This document shows, one piece after another, positions 23,310 to 38,415 of a stretch of 64,000 nucleotides of DNA. This DNA is from Amoebidium appalachense (Eukaryota; Protista; Ichthyosporea): contig CAVNZM010000017.1 in the NCBI GenBank assembly GCA_963693365.1, forward strand, positions 62,001 to 126,000, read 5' to 3'. Below the pieces are notes generated by a model, which saw only the letters and a program-made list of their open reading frames with translations, was not told the origin of the DNA and did no database searches. The stretch's first letter is position 1. Each line of letters begins with the position of its first letter. A program made the translations under genes and the position numbers.

Positions 23310-23531
23310 GTGGGTGTGTGTGTGTGGGGGGGGGGGGGGGGGGGGGGGGTTGTTTTATCTTGTCGGGAACCGGGGGGAGGGGGGGGGAGAAGGTGAAAGG
23401 GCAAGAATAAGAGAAGAAGAAAGGGAACCAGGAAGAGAAGGAGGAAAAGGTTAGAAGAAGGAGGGGTCTGGATCGAGAAGGGGATGTAGGAAACATGCAG
23501 AAGGGGGCACAACGGATGGATGGATGGATGG

Positions 23532-23597
<66 letters not shown>

Positions 23598-26500
23598 TTG
23601 TGTGTGTGTATGTGTGTGTGTGTGTGTTTGTGTGTGTGTGTGCGTGTTTACATGTGACTGTGTGTCATATGAACGTCTACAAACATGTGCATACGTGTAC
23701 GGACAAACACCTACATCTTCTTCTACAAAAATAAACAAACACACACAAAAAGATACTGCAAACACATATATGCCACAATAACGAAGCAAACCTAACCTTT
23801 AAGCACCCCCCCCCCCCCTCCCCACCCCCGCCCGCCCCCCCCCCCCCCCCCCCCCCCGCCCGCCCCCACTTACACCAGTACCACCCCCCTCCCTTCCCCA
23901 CCCCCCCCCCCCTCCCCACGTCTTCCCGTCCGTCCCTTTCCCTCCCATCCCCTACTAACACAACACACACGGGCACACACCATTCTCTACCGCCCGGCTA
24001 CCAAGCTGCCCTTCAACTTTAAAGCATCACAGCCACCCACTGACACAGGCACGGTGCACACAGGTGTAGAGTGGCGTGTTTTTGGTGTGTGTGTGTGTGT
24101 GTGTGTGTACGTGTGAGTGATAGTGTGTGTAGTAAAGTAAGAAAAAATTAGCATGTATTTCTATGGATAACGTATGGTATTAAGGCGTGCATGAATGTTT
24201 AGACAAGGCTTGGGTACACATTATTATCGTTTCATTATAAAGCCATGAATGCATGCAAAGGAGAGGCATGTCCAAAGTGCAAAACTCACTGGCCTGAAAA
24301 TACCTGTATGGGCTCGAATACATGCATACACAAACACAAACACCATAAAAAGACTCCTTCCCGATGCAAGAATGAAAGCCATGTGTGTTGAAAAAAAAAA
24401 AGGAAATGAGTCAATGAAGAGAAAAGATGAACAGCAGTCCTAAACGAAGATCAAACACTGGCCTTGCAGGCGTGCCAGTACAGCGCGAGGGCAGGAAGAG
24501 GGTGGAGAGGCGAAGAGGGAGGGAAGGAGGCTGCGGACTTCAGAGTAGGGGCGGGAGGGGGCCGGGTGGGGGGAGGGGGGTGGGGGGGGTAAAACTAACC
24601 TGCCTGTTGTGGCAAGGAGTGCACACGTCCAGAATGTTTCGCCGCCATTTTTAATTAAGGAACATTGAAGGTAGCACGGTTCGAACTTGAACGCAGAAGT
24701 AGAGTGAAAAAAAAAAAGGTGTCAAAAAAAACACACCACGTCTTGTATATAACTGACAAACGATATGAACTTCGAGAACAACAGGAGTGGACTTATGACA
24801 AACTTTGGAAACGAAGTTCATTGGCTGCTGTGGAGAGCCTTGTACAGCAACACGGGAACCTGACCAGCAACGGAAGTCTCTTCGCGAAGCTCTTCATCGA
24901 TGCACACGTAAGTCTATATATTTTCTCCACACTAGTTCGGCGTTACCATTCGAAATCTTTGTCTTTGCCCCCCCCCCCCCCCAGATCAATCAGATTTTCC
25001 CCCTCCACATGATGGCATCGTATTTTCCTCATTGGAGCCCATTATCTCGCATGAGACAGTCACTTGGCATACACTACCTACATACACTGTAAGGCTCACG
25101 GTGGTACAAATGACACCTACCCCCATTTGCATGTGTTGTGCTTGCAATTTGTTACTGTAAGTCAGTACCATTTTATATTAGTCATATTTCAAAAGTGTGT
25201 ATGGAATCTGAGAGTCGTGTGTGTTTTTTTATGGTCACCGTGTGCTGTTAATGTGCGTGCTCCCCATTTGACTCGGCGTGTGTGTGTATGTGCTAAAATT
25301 CGTGTGCGTGTGTGCTGGGGGGGTTGGGTGGGGCGACGTGGGGGGGTGGGTGGGGGGCTAGGGGCAGGGGTCTGAGGGAAGCCGAATGGGTGGGGTTTGG
25401 GGGGGGGGGGGGGGGGGGGGAGGGGGAAGCTGGGAGGGGAGGGGAGGGGGAGGGGGGCGATCAACTAGCACTCCAGACCAGCAATCATATAAATACAAAT
25501 TTGTTGTTGATTCTTGAGTTTGCATTATCCTTTACAACAACACACATCATGCATGATAACATCCAACCACCCACCACACATGCATGTTGAGCACACTGCC
25601 AAGCACAAACAAGATCATGTACGCACATGCACGTACATGTGTATGCTGCATGCAAATAGATAGGCAAAATGTATGCATACACAAAAACAAATTGCAATAT
25701 ACATACACAAAAGCAGACACAGAGACACGTCAGACAAATAGACACACATTTGTAAGGCTTGATCTCCCTAGAAAATGTGCACAGTATCACACAGGCTTTG
25801 CTTTAGTCGTAACATTCTGCTCCCACAGGTGTACCTCAACCTCACTCGTGAGGAAATGTTGGTGGTGGGGGCCCAGCACAACAAGGTGCAGACGATGAGC
25901 AAGGAGCTGTGCATGTACGTCACGCTCAAGCTTGGCCGAAACAAGAAGCCGAACTTCAAGAAGATGCCTACACACGGATGAAGGATCTGCCACAGATGGG
26001 CTTCTTAAAGTATGTGTGCAACTCCTGTATTAATCCCTCCCGCTTCCCCCCATCCTCCCCCCCCCCCCTCCCCCCTTCCCCCTTCCCCCTTACCCCCTTA
26101 CCCCCCCTACTCCACATACCCCTTCCCCAGTATCTATAGCTCTTTTGACCCCTAAATTGAAGGCTTGTACATGATAATCTTGCCGTCATCATCATATCAT
26201 GACCTGTACACATTCAACAATCTTGTGCATCGACACCGGCTCCCCATATACATCAACTACTCCATACATTGAAACCCCGTCATTGCTTTTTTTTTAAAAA
26301 AAAAATTCCCGTTTGCCTCTTGCTCTCCAATGCCCCCCTCTCCTCTCTGCCCATCCACTTCCCTTACCTGCTCTCTGTCCCTTTCATGCATTCATGCATG
26401 CTGAAATACTTTATTTGCCCCCCGTCTATTTGCCCCCGTCGATGCTGTTAGTAAGCATTCACACAAATACACACATACGCATGCATGCAGCCCCCCCCCC

Positions 26501-26670
26501 CCCCCCCCCCCCCCCCCACACAAAAAAAAAAAAAAAGAAGAAAAAACAAGAAGAAAAAAAAAAAGAAAAAAAGAACCTGAACATTAAGATGACATCATTT
26601 CCCCTCCTTCTGTTCTTCTCTTGGCCCAACTTTCAAGAACACCCAATGCTCTTGCACTTATTCTTCGTTT

Positions 26671-26718
<48 letters not shown>

Positions 26719-28061
26719 ACACACCCAACCCAACCCAACCCACCCAAACTACCCCCCTCCCACCAAATTCAACCAGCCATCATGAACTATCTACGTTAAG
26801 GTTCTTCAGCACATGCTCAATCGAGGGCTTTTCCCTCTTTTCAGACTGAAGAAAATGATTGCTGAGACCTACCAGCTACTCGGCAAGGAGACCCAAGCCA
26901 AGGTCGATAAAGCTCGCCGCGAAGGCAAGGAACCAGCAGCCAAGCTCTACGACGTGGTCGCACCCCACCTCAAGGTGATGTCGAGTGCAGAGCCATTGTG
27001 GAACGTCATTTCACAGGTGCTCACTCAACCCCATCCCCCCCCCCCCCCCCCCCTTCTACCCACCCACCCACCTTCGATATACATGTGCAAGTACAGTTGC
27101 TGGGTACTTTGTGGTGACACACACGTGCACACCCATACACAGATGCACACACAGAAGCACGGCCACAGAATTTGAATACGACTAAACATACACACCAACA
27201 CCAGGTTGGCATTGCCTAATACGTAGCTGCGAGAGCGTAATCTTGGAGGAGTCCGACAGCAAATCTGCTCCTAGGTTGGTATGCAGTATTGCGTAAATAA
27301 AGATGGTTTTTCTTGGCTTTTCTCCCCTCCCTCCTCACCCAAACCGTTCAACCACTGTGATGTTGCACACAGAAGACTCGTATATACACATGATCATCCA
27401 CACCACTCCCGACAGTCAAAGCCACTATCCTGTATCCAGCACTCCCCCCCCCCCCCCCCCCCCTCCCCCTCTCCCCCTCCTCCTCTCCCCTTGCCCCCCT
27501 CCTTCCCTCAGGCAATATTTTTTTATCTTTCCTGCTGTCTTTACTTAGACTGACTACCACATTAATGCAGATCTACGAGGCACATGCTGGCGGCCACTTT
27601 GACACACGAAAGAGGAAGCCGGACCTCAAAAACCCATCCAACGACCTCAGCCCCACCATTTTCAGGGGCATCGACCTCCTGCCAACATACGCAGCGGTCA
27701 ACCTTCTGCAACAGGTGCTCAAGGGTGAATCTATCGCGGAGCTCAAGAAGCTTCCCGCTCAAATCTATGCAACGAGGGTAATCAACCCCCCAACCTATAC
27801 CTTCCAACCCTCCGTGGGTGTCTCCGTGGGTGTGGGCTTGGGTGCGCACGGGCAAAGGCTTGCTTGGCTCTCTCAGTTCTAACCTTTGTCTCCCCCGTCC
27901 TACCCCAAGTATCATTGCACATGCACTGTACCTAGATTCAAACCCCTCTCTTTCCCTGCCTAGTGAACGTCTCCCTCCCCCCCCCCCCCCCCCCCTCCTC
28001 CCCCTCCCCCTACCACCATATACACCCAATAACACACACACCCGTAACACACAACTTGAAG

Positions 28062-28201
<140 letters not shown>

Positions 28202-28253
28202 ACTTTTGGCCATAACGGCTGCCCTGCGCTGAAGACTCCCTTTGCACACAGAC

Positions 28254-28392
28254 AACTTCACTTGTGCCCTTGTTGCCACTTCACTTTACCCTTGTTGCCA
28301 CTTCACTTTACCCTTGTTGCCACTTCACTTTACCCTTGTTGCCACTTCACTTTACCCTTGTTGCCACTTCACTTGTACCCTTGTTGCCACTT
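28254..28392. repeat. 22-bp minisatellite, ~6 copies
   Basis: Tandem CCACTTCACTTTACCCTTGTTG units, intronic. Confidence 0.9.
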
Positions 28393-28903
28393 TGACACAG
28401 CTACGAGTGCCTATACACACGTACGCACGTACACACGTACACATGTATACACGTATACACGTACACACACACACACAAACACACACAACACACACACTGA
28501 GTCTGACACACACACTGAGTCTGACACAGACACACGAAACGTACAATATGTACGTGGCATTACTGATACTGATTGACACAATATTCTCATACAGGCGGAC
28601 CTGGACCTGCAGCTAACTCTGTGGGAGCGGACAGAGGAAACCATCAGAGCAGTGGCTGATAAGTCTGGGAAGCCGTTACCCCGGGATGCTCCTCCTACCT
28701 GGGCTGAGGTATGTATTTTGGTGCCATAATGCCAGCTTGTCCTCTGCTCTCTTCGGTTTCAAACACTTGCACACAATCAAAAGTGGTTCGGGAGGTTTGT
28801 GAGTGGGCAATTTATTTTTCAGTTCTTTCTTTATCTCTTTCTTCTTCCCTTTCCTTTCCTTTTTTTTTTTTTTTTTTTTTTTTTGTTGTTGTTGTTTAGG
28901 GGT

Positions 28904-28950
<47 letters not shown>

Positions 28951-29143
28951 GAGGTAGTTACATTTTTTGTGAACCACACACACTCACCCCAAGTTTGGGG
29001 AGGGAGATCAGATGGACCCCTCGAATAGGAAGGGGGAAGGAGTTGCATAGGAGTTGCATATAAACATCTGCCTAGCAACTTAGTTCTTGGGGCACATGTT
29101 TCTTTTGCTCGTGTGTTTTCCCACTGTTGCAGTTGGCTGACCC

Positions 29144-29174
<31 letters not shown>

Positions 29175-29897
29175 AAAAAAAAAAAAAAACACCTACATAA
29201 ACATCTAGATGTACACTGTACATTGACAAACAACACAAATGTCGCGTGCACACACATACACACACACACACACACCTGCTATTTACAGATCAAGCCCCAA
29301 ATTGGGCATGTGCTCCCCGGCAAGCAGGAGTTCAGAACCCTGGCGATTGGGCATTTCAAGAAGGATATAGGGGCCCTGGCATCTGTCAATGCTCTCGTCA
29401 ACCAGATCAAGTCCTGGGGCCGGCAAGGAGAAGCCGGCTTCTGTGGCATAAACAAGTTCGTTGCAGCCCTGGTGGACCCCTCGACACAACAGCGGCCTGT
29501 GTCCACCATATACGCCGTGCTGCAAGTGGACATCCTAGACCAGGCCACCCTGACGCCAACATATATACAGGACAACCTCAGCAAGCGGGCTGGGCACAAC
29601 CCGCCACCAGAAGTGCAGCACCAAATCACGAGGATTGCAACACCCAACGTATGTAGCCGATGATGATGTCATAAAAAGACTGCCTTCGGTTAGCTCAAGA
29701 AGTTGTGGCTGATATGGTTCACTTCTGATTCAGATCAGAATTATCTCTGACCCACCTTCACTGTTATATCCTGTTCGTAGCACAATGCAACCAGGAGACC
29801 CCCACCCTTCACCCCAGTGTTTTCTTATTATGAATAATACGAATTGGCAATTGCAAAGAAAAAAATACATTGTGGCTTACAAATCTCGTACATGCAG

Positions 29898-30019
29898 GGT
29901 GGCTTTCCCTACGTTCGCATCGACCCCCCCGGCAGTTCCGTGTTCACAAGCGACCCGGGCCAGGTCGACACCACCCAGGTGCCCTTCACCGACTCCAACT
30001 GGAAGTCTATTCTGAAAAG
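29898..30019 (+). CDS. Methyltransferase exon carrying motif IV (GGFPYVRIDPPGSSVF)
   Basis: CAG acceptor and GTAAT donor; phase 0 in, phase 2 out, matching exons 29289-29648 and 36480-36885. Not shown in the ORF track in this frame. Confidence 0.75.
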
Positions 30020-30953
30020 GTAATACCCCAGTATGGCAAATTACAGACTCTGATACGCTAGTAATTGGTGTCTGTTAGAGATTGTTTTGGCCTTTTCGAA
30101 CCTTTTACCCCCCCCCCCCCCCCCCCCCCCCAACACCTACACACACACGCCCCCAGACACCCACACACACCTCCCTCTACCCCCACCCCCACACCCCCCG
30201 GCCACCACCACCACCACCACCACCACCCCACCAAAACAAAACAAAACAAAACAAAACAAAACGGGAAAAAAACACCTTTTCTTCCTGGAGCCCTTACTTA
30301 TGCTTGATGGCAAAGTGTCCCCCCCCCCCCCCCCCCCCCCATATGGCCATTTGTGTGGAAATGGAAATTGAGCTGTGCATACCCGCATCCAATCATTTGG
30401 CGTGTGTGCATACCCGCATCCAATCGGCTCATATGACTTCTCAGGAGCCGATTCGGACCGGCAACCAATAGCCGCCGCGTACCCTCCGGGACCCTGGATA
30501 GAGTTTCTGCTAAGCCCATGGGGTGAATAGCAAAAAACCATATAGTAGGGCAGAAATACTTAGATTTATAGGTTTATAGCCAAAAATAACTATTATAAAC
30601 ATTTTTTTGCCGTTTACTGCACCATTGTTCAAGGTATTAGCGAGTTTATACTTTGCCGGCACACAGTAAGTTGTGAAAAGCATCTACCCACCTCGGTAGA
30701 TCGTCAATCAGATGCAAGACGGCCTCCTATAACCAATGAAAACTATATCCGCAAAACTTAGGTTCGGTCAAGGAGTGCAAACCAGTTGCGATTGATTGGC
30801 CGTGTTAAACGTGGAATTTGCTGTGTGCCAGCCACGGCCATCTAGAGTCTCTAGATGGCCGTGGTGCCAGCCTATTTATTTTTGACGGACTGGCAGGTGT
30901 GGAAACGACGTTTCTCTCAGCGGTTTGCTTCAAGTTTGACCTGTCACAAAGTT

Positions 30954-31970
30954 ATGGCGGGGACCGATATTGAGATTTTTTGCCCAACAAGCCAGACGTG
31001 GGCAGAAGTTATCAGTTTCAAATATGTAGCGGCAGGAAACTCTAGAATCACAGCAGTGTGCATTAACAACTATACCTGCCTCAGTGACGATAGTCGCCTC
31101 TTTTTGAAAACTAGACACGACATCTTGGGCCATGAGAATGGCTCAGAGCTGAGAAACATTAAGGAAACATCGAAGGAGCTTGACCTGGACAAGGAGCAAT
31201 GGCGCCACAAAGGCACAGCTGGAGCTAGCTTCAAACGCAGCAAAACGTGAGTTTTTGTTCATAAACGAGTCCCAGACAGTGCCTCTGCATCACTTGGTAG
31301 TACACAAGACTCTTTGTGTGGGGATAGTGGGCGCGAGATTCGAATGGGCTTTTTTTTCATTGTGCTATTCCCTTCCGTACTTCTTTTGTTAGTTGCTTGT
31401 CATGCATATTAATAGAAAGAAAGCAAGTGCAAACATTAGTTTGCTTTGTGTTTTTGTTTGCCGAAACGAATTCGTTTTAACGAACTATTTTTGTACTCTC
31501 AGGGTGAGGGTGGTCGACTATTATGAGCCTGGTACAGAGTATAACGGCGAAAAGGAGGTTTATTTCCTCTGTGAAAACAACACAGGCGATCGGGTGGGTG
31601 GATTCTGATTCCCCCCTCCCCCCCCCCCCCCCTCCCCCCTCTCTGCGACACACCCCTGTTTCTCATTCTCTCTCTACATCCGTGCCTGTTACTACAGTTT
31701 TTTTGGTTACGTTTTCTTCAGCACACAACTCTTAGCTGCATGCTTACCACAATTGCACGCTATAGTATAACACGAAGTCAACCAACTCGAGTCGGTCAAC
31801 ATTACCTTTTCCCCTCCCTCCCTCCCTCCCTCCCACGGGCACTCCTCTGCTCATCGGTTCATCGGTTCATCGGTTCACTTGGAAAATGCTGATCGATAAG
31901 CTGCATACGTTTGCCTGTGAGACATGTACAAGATTTAAGGAGAAAGATGCTTTCGTAAGGTTTTCTTTCT

Positions 31971-32007
<37 letters not shown>

Positions 32008-32403
32008 ACCAACACACACACAGCCTCAAACAGCCCTCCCCGTCCCCCATTGAACACATAGAAGAAAAGGAAAGGAGGGAGGGGGAGAGGAGGGAGGGGA
32101 AAGGTATGTTAGCGGACAGCTGCGTTTGTATGTGTAACGGGAGAGTGAGCCTTATGATAGTGAGTAAATGAAAAAGGTTGATCTCTCATTGCATGGGGGT
32201 TTCAGGTCTGGTGGACCCGTGTTGGGGACAAAAAGAAAAACAGCCCAACTGACGTCATCCCGCTCCCTGCCTTCGCAACAATTGAAGAAGAGTTGCCAAC
32301 GAAAAGGTGGGGGGCCCTGCGAACGGCGTTCGGCAACCAACTAATCACCAAACTGGAAAACAGGGTGCAACTGTACAAAAAGAATGGGGCAGAGAAAGAA
32401 TAG
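30954..32403 (+). CDS. Orphan spliced cargo gene of the TIR element (~193 aa), unknown function
   Basis: Exons 30954-31246, 31503-31593 and 32206-32403 are GT-AG with matching phases (2,0): MAGTDIEIFCPTSQTWAEV...VRVVDYYEPGTEYNGEKEVYFLCENNTGDR-VWWTRVG...NGAEKE*. Confidence 0.6.
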
Positions 32404-32470
32404 TCAGGCCCCCCCGTTGTGCTCCTGCGCATAGAGTCATTTATTGATTTCTTGTGTCTGCTGTCTATAG

Positions 32471-32862
32471 TGGGGTACTTTGATTACACTGAAATGTGGA
32501 TGAACGAGTGCATTACCTGGAATGCTATCACTGTTCGGGTAGAGATGGATACAGACGATTTGCTTGCAAAGCTCCCTCCTCAGTATCTGTATTATAAGCA
32601 CGCAACCAATGTTTTCACTGAGGTTCAGGAGGGGAAAAAGTTCAGCTTGTTTTTTTACCAAAAGGCAGTTGTTTCGTTTGACCACTCTGCTTGCAAGCAC
32701 GACGAGCCTGGTGCTCGTGAAACATATGTGGATGAAACGGGTCGATTACGTTATAAAGACCGTACAACGACATCATGCAAAGGCAAGACGAAGCCGGACT
32801 TCTCTGTCTTGCGCCTGACATCCAGTGTAACAGTTCCCTACAAGCGAGTTGTTCTTAAGTAA
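32471..32862 (+). CDS. Further coding-like exon/ORF in the TIR element, unknown function
   Basis: High-complexity ~130-codon frame (GYFDYTEMWMNECITW...VPYKRVVLK) after a TAG acceptor. Its phase does not join cleanly to the upstream exon. Confidence 0.45.
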
Positions 32863-32935
32863 ACTATATAAATACCGACTGCAGTCCAGGCTCATCGAGG
32901 TTGTGTCCCTTGTCCCTCATCCATCTCTCTCTCTC

Positions 32936-32980
<45 letters not shown>

Positions 32981-33304
32981 TTTCCTTGTCGGAGTCCCCC
33001 TTACGTGCATAATCATGCGCTAGGACGGACACATGCCCAGGAGCACATCAACATCATGGCACACACATGCACACATGACACCTCCACGTAGCACACACAG
33101 ACACACGCACGACCCCTCACTCATATCATGCTCACACTGGAGAACTCTACATCTATACGGAAGTGATTATCTATGTTCAAGTATCTAAGATTATCACAAC
33201 GGACGTGCTCACACACACGAACACACACACACACACACACACACATGGGCACAACAAAAAGCACACACCCACATGCACAGACACACACACACACACACAC
33301 ACGT

Positions 33305-33346
<42 letters not shown>

Positions 33347-33363
33347 GGCACACACACACACGT

Positions 33364-33403
<40 letters not shown>

Positions 33404-33410
33404 GGGCACA

Positions 33411-33446
<36 letters not shown>

Positions 33447-33477
33447 GTCCATCACCACACATACCGCCAGCGCACGG

Positions 33478-33571
<94 letters not shown>

Positions 33572-33918
33572 TGTCACACACGCACCGGCTGCCGCAGTAC
33601 ACACATACACGTACACCAAAATGCTGTATTCTGTCATGCACAAGTGCCGCACATATGCACGTGGGCGTCGGCACATACACACACCACAGCGGCACACACA
33701 CACACACACATACACACACCGACACACACACACACAGTGACACCACATGGACAGATGCCATATACTTATATATACATAATCACACACACACACCGTTCCA
33801 CACCGTACACACAACCACACAGGCGTGGCGCGCGGCGCACCCGGTCCGTCACACACACACACACACACACACACTTACTGGCACCGTACACACAACCACA
33901 CACACATGTACACGGCAC

Positions 33919-33959
<41 letters not shown>

Positions 33960-34048
33960 GGCACGCACACACACGACACACACACACACACACACACCTG
34001 TCACACACAGTCACACACACACACACCAGCACACACACCATACACTGA

Positions 34049-34097
<49 letters not shown>

Positions 34098-34247
34098 CAC
34101 GTGACGCACACACAAATACAAACATCATACACATGTACAAACATACATGTACACAAATGTACACACACACACACACACACTGCCGTTTGGCAAACACACA
34201 CACTGCATGTGCACGTGTGCGTGCGCGCAGGCACTGACACACACTCA

Positions 34248-34289
<42 letters not shown>

Positions 34290-34330
34290 GTGACACACAC
34301 ACACACAGTATACACTGTACAAACACACAC

Positions 34331-34451
<121 letters not shown>

Positions 34452-34614
34452 ACACCGTGGCACACACACACACACACACCGTCGCACACACAACACACAC
34501 ACACACACACACACCGTCACAAACACACACATTGCCGTACACATACACACACACAGAAACACACACACTGCACGTGCACGTGTGCATGCGCGTGCGTGAA
34601 GGAATATGCGCGCG

Positions 34615-34656
<42 letters not shown>

Positions 34657-34691
34657 CACTCACAGCACACACCGTACAAACACACACACGT

Positions 34692-34812
<121 letters not shown>

Positions 34813-36008
34813 CACACCCAAATGCGAGGCCCAGCGTGTAGTATTCTTGGCACTGCGAGAAGCAACAGCAGCACAAGGAGTAGCGTAAGTGTTTCTAGTG
34901 GTGTTGTGATACAGATAGTCAGCTTATCGAAGAGGAAGCACGTAATAGTGAATGTGTGTAATGCTAACGCAGCAAGGCTGCATATGATTGTCCCTGCCAT
35001 TGTGCACGCATGTGCATTTACACTAACTAAAAGGCTGGATTGTGAACGCATATTACATGTGTGCGTGTGTCGTACACGGTCACGGTAGTGTAAAAGCTAT
35101 GTTGTACTAGTGGCATACACGCATGCACATATATAACGCTGGCCCCGGTACACGTACTGGTCCTCAGCCCATGGCCGAAGTTGTTTGTTTACATAGCTGG
35201 ATCTGGACTTTCATCTACACTACAACACGAGCACACGACCCAGCTTATTGGAGAAGAGGAACACGCTTGCCAGCCTTATCTTACCATGTATGGCTATTGC
35301 AAAAGGGGTAAAAAAAAGAAGAGCCAACAGACAAAGGCTTTGAAAAGGGTAAAGCATATTTTCACATAAACGTTACTGCCTGGCCGGACGGTTGGAGGCG
35401 AGCGCGAGGTCGAGGCTGCGTCGTCGGAGGCTGATCGGAACACGCCGGGCTTCTAGGGCAGAGCTGCGTGTAGGTTGTCGACTGAAAGCAGCATATTTCT
35501 CCAATGCAGCTGCCTAAAAATTTATTATTAAATTAATAATACCGCAATTTCTGACTGCACAAGCAGGATATTGTATATACGTACATGTACTGTACGTCGT
35601 ACAAGATCTTGACTTGAACTTAAAGATACACTGTTCAGCTTTACAATTGCCAAGTTTAAAGCAGACTGAATAACAGTCCTAAAAAACTATATATTGCAAA
35701 AATAAAGTAATTAAATTTGCTCTTCAAACAATACAAACCTTTGGTTAATACATATATGTTTTCGAACCTGTGGTGCGAAAGATGGCCTTTTATCTGGTCA
35801 CTTAACATTCCTAAATCAATGCTTTTTTTGCCCCCGCTTTATTGATCACGATATCATTGGATAGTGAGCTGATCCCGCGGCGCCGGCTAACTAGGTCTGA
35901 ATCAATTTCCATTACCCTCCTCCAAAAAACGGCTTGATCGGATTGACCAATATGGCAGACAGTCCCGCAGCCGCTCCCTAATTGCGCGTTTCAACACAAA
36001 TGGCCATA

Positions 36009-36058
<50 letters not shown>

Positions 36059-36355
36059 ATATTGCTACTCTGCCCCGGCGACCTGCCCTCTCCATCCCCA
36101 ATAAGGCATCCACATCAGGCTGTCTGCAGTCCCCTCACCCCCCCCCCCCCCCCCCCCCCCCCCCCAAACACACACACACGTACATGTACACAGACACGTG
36201 CATCTATATAATGCATATAATTGGGCATGTGTCATTGGTTTTCCTTCCTTTCTTGCACCGTGACAAACCCTTCATTACAGTATATTGCCACATCTCAGAT
36301 AACCAAAATCAACAACAGTTGCACTAGGTGCTAAGATCATGACAAGTTCTACTCC

Positions 36356-36391
<36 letters not shown>

Positions 36392-36479
36392 CCCACCCAC
36401 CCACCCACCCACCCACCCACCCGCCCACCCAAAAAAAAAAAAAAAATACATGCAACTGCTTCACTATCTCATTCATCAG

Positions 36480-36885
36480 TATGCGCCTCAGGCTCAAGCA
36501 GCTGAACGAGAGTCAAAGCTGCTACGACTGGGTCCTTGCGGCATCGTTCCAGGGCCACCAGGCAACGATTCCACTGTGCCAGGTGCTGCTGGAGCAGCAG
36601 TACCTCTACGACACCTTCACGTACGATGCACCTGCAAAGGGCAGTACCACCACCCACCTTGGGAGGCCTGCTACTCCGGCGTACTTCTATATTGTGGCCT
36701 ACATCACCAACGCCAAGAAGTTCACTCGCCCACAAGGCTTCTTCTACGCCGATCCTGATGAGGACAAGTCGACACTTCTGCTCCAACCCATCTACCCGGA
36801 CCCAGACTCAGTAGCTAAGAGGATGCGGTTCAACCTGATGCGAAGTGGCGAACAGGGTAAAGAGGGAATTCTTTGCCCCCAACAG
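36480..36885 (+). CDS. Methyltransferase central exon (motif V-VIII region)
   Basis: ORF 36481..36942 frame, bounded by CAG and GTACGT. It ends CPQQ, which joins KPVNVE of the last exon to form the HPTQKP-like motif. Confidence 0.8.
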
Positions 36886-37297
36886 GTACGTTTACTTGAT
36901 CACCCTTGCCCTCCCCCCTTCTTTCCCTCCCCTCCCCCGTGAATCAATGTTCCCCTATGATTTCATCTATCATCCCCCCACACATGATACAATACCGGCC
37001 ACCCAATCATTGCATTCTTTCCTTAGAACCACTACCCCATTCCGTGCCACACCCCATCATACAATTCTCAAGTTTAACCCCCCCCCCCCCTCCCCCCCCT
37101 CCCCCCCTCCCCCCCCACACACACACACCATGGCCTCCCCTCCTCCTTCTCCTGTGTGTGCATGTGCACACGTCCCCCCGCCCTACCTCCCGTCCCCTCC
37201 AACACATACACACCAAATAAAAAGGAAATATTTTGTGATCTATGCATGCACACAGCACTCTACAAAAATCTCATGTTCAACAAGCACACATATGCCT

Positions 37298-37351
<54 letters not shown>

Positions 37352-37573
37352 ACACACCACACACACACACCACACACACACCACACACACACCACACACA
37401 CACCACACACACACCACACACACACCACACACACACCACACACACACCACACACACCACACATGCACACTGGCAGCCCCGGCCCACCACCTCTTCACACA
37501 CACGCACACACACAAGGCCCTCCTCATCCTGTTGTTTACTCCGTGCTTCTTGCCCACAATCCAAGCACACACA

Positions 37574-37627
<54 letters not shown>

Positions 37628-37730
37628 ACACACACCACACACACCACACACACCACACACACCACACACACCACACACACCACACATACCACACACACCA
37701 CACATGCACACAGCCCCGGCCCACCACCTC

Positions 37731-37835
<105 letters not shown>

Positions 37836-38051
37836 GGCCATCCCCCTCCCTCATTATGGTACACCGTACGGCAACCTCCTCAACCTCCTCATCCCCCTCC
37901 TCATCCTCTTTACTCTGTCCCCCTTCCTCACAAGCCATAGTCTGTGGCCTCTTTTTATTACAGCAAGACTTCCCCTTTCCCCTCCTGTGCATCACGTGAA
38001 ACCACTGCACCCACACAGCCTCACGTTAAGATGACGTCAAAATGACGTCAT

Positions 38052-38269
38052 TTTCTAGTTTCAACTAGAAATCCTAACGTCCAGACAAAAGTGACGACAT
38101 TTCTAGTCACTACTAGAAATCCTAACCTCCAGACAAAAGTGACGACATTTCTAGTCACTACTAGAAATCCTAACCTCCAGACAAAAGTGACGACATTTCT
38201 AGTCACAACTAGAAATCCTAAACTCCACTGGCAGACAAAAGTGACGACATTTCTAGTCACAGCTAGAAA
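38052..38269. repeat. Tandem array of 48-bp units, each with a 20-bp palindrome
   Basis: TTTCTAGT-N4-ACTAGAAA at 38052, 38100, 38148, 38196 and 38250 (last has 1 mismatch), linked by near-constant TCCTAACCTCCAGACAAAAGTGACGACA. Confidence 0.9.
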
Positions 38270-38415
38270 AATCAACAAGTAATTCATCTCAAGTGTAGGC
38301 CTTCAGCTTTCAAGTCATTTTCCTTTCTAGTGGGCACTAGCAATGTTAGCACCCAAGTCAATTCGAGCGCGAGCCCTTCCCATTGTCTAATTACTCTCCT
38401 CCTTTCCCTCCACAG

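Noticed and set aside
21856-24474. hAT element with CAGGCCTGCA / TGCAGGCGTG ends
   Set aside because: Only a 9/10 match, no TSD, and it would enclose a probable exon.
35100-35480. Minus-strand THAP/transposase remnant in the TIR element
   Set aside because: Frames are interrupted and have no convincing C2CH or DDE motif.
38052-38269. CRISPR array
   Set aside because: Spacers are near-identical, the context is a eukaryotic intron, and there are no cas genes.
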